64,000 nucleotides of DNA, taken from Nitrospiraceae bacterium (GTDB taxonomy: Bacteria > Nitrospirota > Nitrospiria > Nitrospirales > Nitrospiraceae). A program made the translations under genes and the position numbers. The stretch spans positions 154,885 through 218,884 of the forward strand of contig JBFWWG010000007.1 of assembly GCA_050246315.1 (NCBI GenBank), read 5' to 3'. The notes below the pieces were generated by a model. The model saw only the letters and a list, made by a program, of their open reading frames with translations, did no database searches and was not told the DNA's origin. Below, in pieces: positions 62,840 through 64,000 of the stretch. Each line of letters opens with the position of its first letter. Positions within the stretch are counted from its first letter, which is position 1.

Positions 62840-63310
62840 CTAGACGATGAACCTGCGAAATCGATCTAGGCGGGCGGTCAATTCGCGGGGATTGAAGGGC
62901 TTGAGAATATAATCGTTGGCACCGGTGCGGAGCGCCTGCCGCACGTCCTACTCGGAGCCGTCCGCGATCAACATGATGACGGGACCTGCTCCTACCTCGG
63001 ATTCTTCCTGATATGGTTGAGGACATCCAGCCCATTGATAAAGGGCAAGTTGATGTCGAGCAGGATCAAATCGAGATGGTCGTGCATATCCACCAGTCCC
63101 TGCGCTTCCATCCCGTCTCTCGCATGCTGGACCACATAGCCGGCCCGCTCCAGCAAGAACTGGCAGAGGGCGAGCAGATAGGCATACTGGCCCTCGCTGA
63201 TCAAGGTGCGGCCGATCGACGAATTCTCTTCGGAAGTAGGCGCGGTGTGCAATGGGGCCGGCGAACGAGGTCAAGCCGAGCCCGAGAATGGCGGTGAAGA
63301 CTTCAGGCAG
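62840..63310 (-). pseudogene. Chimeric pseudogene: chromate transporter (ChrA-like) N-terminus joined to a receiver domain
   Basis: EVF...LGLTSFAGPIAH..YFRREFV / QYAYLLALCQFL, then ERAGY...LLDINLP...PVIML...NDYILKPF; frameshifts and two TAG stops. Confidence 0.7.
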
Positions 63311-63793
63311 AGGCCTGCGTTGGTCTCTCTCTATATCGACAGAGTCGCGGAGCGAGAAGCCATATCCAATCTGGCAACTCATGAGACCGTCGGCAGGCAT
63401 TCCTCCGGAACAACCGACCAGAGGTTGAGCAATTTTTCGGGTCCTCATCGGCATGCACTCACGCCTACGAGGCGATTCTTTGCGCGATATCGGCGGCATT
63501 GTGCCATAGGGGCTGGAAGAGCTGAAACCCCGCTCAGTCAGCCACGCTGGTATTTCTCAGGCAACGGCGGAGGAGGTCGGTGAAGTGATGATGAGGGGAA
63601 GCGATGTGCGACGCTCAGGTAAGCAGTGGGTCAAAGAAAAAAGCATACTCCACAGGGTGAATGTCCCCAGCTTCGGTTTAGGATGGCTCCCCGGCAGGAT
63701 GCTTCTGAGCTCTGGCGGTATGCTGTTTGAATCTGCACCGGGCTGAAGGATCACAATGCGTGGTCGAAGCTGGAGATGCGAGCTGTTAGCTAG

Positions 63794-63891
63794 GGAAGGT
63801 CTGAATAATTCCCAATTTCGATTGGTAGGTGTACAAAAGACGGGAAATCTGGCGGATCGCGGCCTAGGATTTTGAATTGATCAGACCTTCC
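63794..63891. mobile_element. 98-bp IS5-type MITE with CTAG target-site duplication
   Basis: CTAG|GGAAGGTCTGAATAATTC...GAATTGATCAGACCTTCC|CTAG; TIRs 16/18 identical and resemble the IS5 end GGAAGGTGCGAA. Confidence 0.85.
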
Positions 63892-64000
63892 CTAGGTCAA
63901 TCCTAGGCTGTGCCTTGCGCCGCCTACTGTAACGTGTCTTAATTACGGTGACTTATTATCGTCAGGGTGGTGGGGAACGGCCTCAGAAGGTACTCCCGAT

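Noticed and set aside
37397..64000. tRNA-Asn-integrated island or prophage
   Set aside because: No integrase, no phage genes and no duplicated tRNA 3' end seen in the window

Overview
GC-rich bacterial chromosome segment. Gene content and order (five-subunit 2-oxoacid:ferredoxin oxidoreductase, small CxxC proteins, ilv/his/rho/rpoD synteny) suggest a Nitrospira-like organism; this is inference, not a database result. About 1-37.4 kb is mostly housekeeping: ilvBNC, rnpB, rnhC, tRNA-Ile2, rpoD-dnaG, his genes, murA, prmC-prfA-rpmE-rho, a D-A-B-G-E oxidoreductase operon and tRNA-Asn. Two inserts interrupt it: a translationally coupled pair (degenerate SIR2-like + TIR protein, then a membrane-anchored STAND-NTPase/WD40 protein) upstream of rnpB, which is the best candidate for an uncharacterised immunity/conflict system, and toxin-antitoxin debris inside the his operon. 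After tRNA-Asn lies an accessory signalling region: glucan phosphorylase, two HtrA proteases, receivers, two CHASE3 two-component systems, an SPFH lipoprotein, an FNT channel with an EmrAB-OMF pump, a nucleotidyltransferase and pseudogenes. There, four sigma54-type promoters each have a recurring TCGCAC/GTGCGA-based motif upstream, suggesting a local NtrC-family regulon that includes an unannotated 46-aa membrane peptide. Several MITE-like repeats are present. No CRISPR array, integrase, transposase or reverse transcriptase was seen. Many starts were re-chosen from RBS and overlap evidence and remain approximate.
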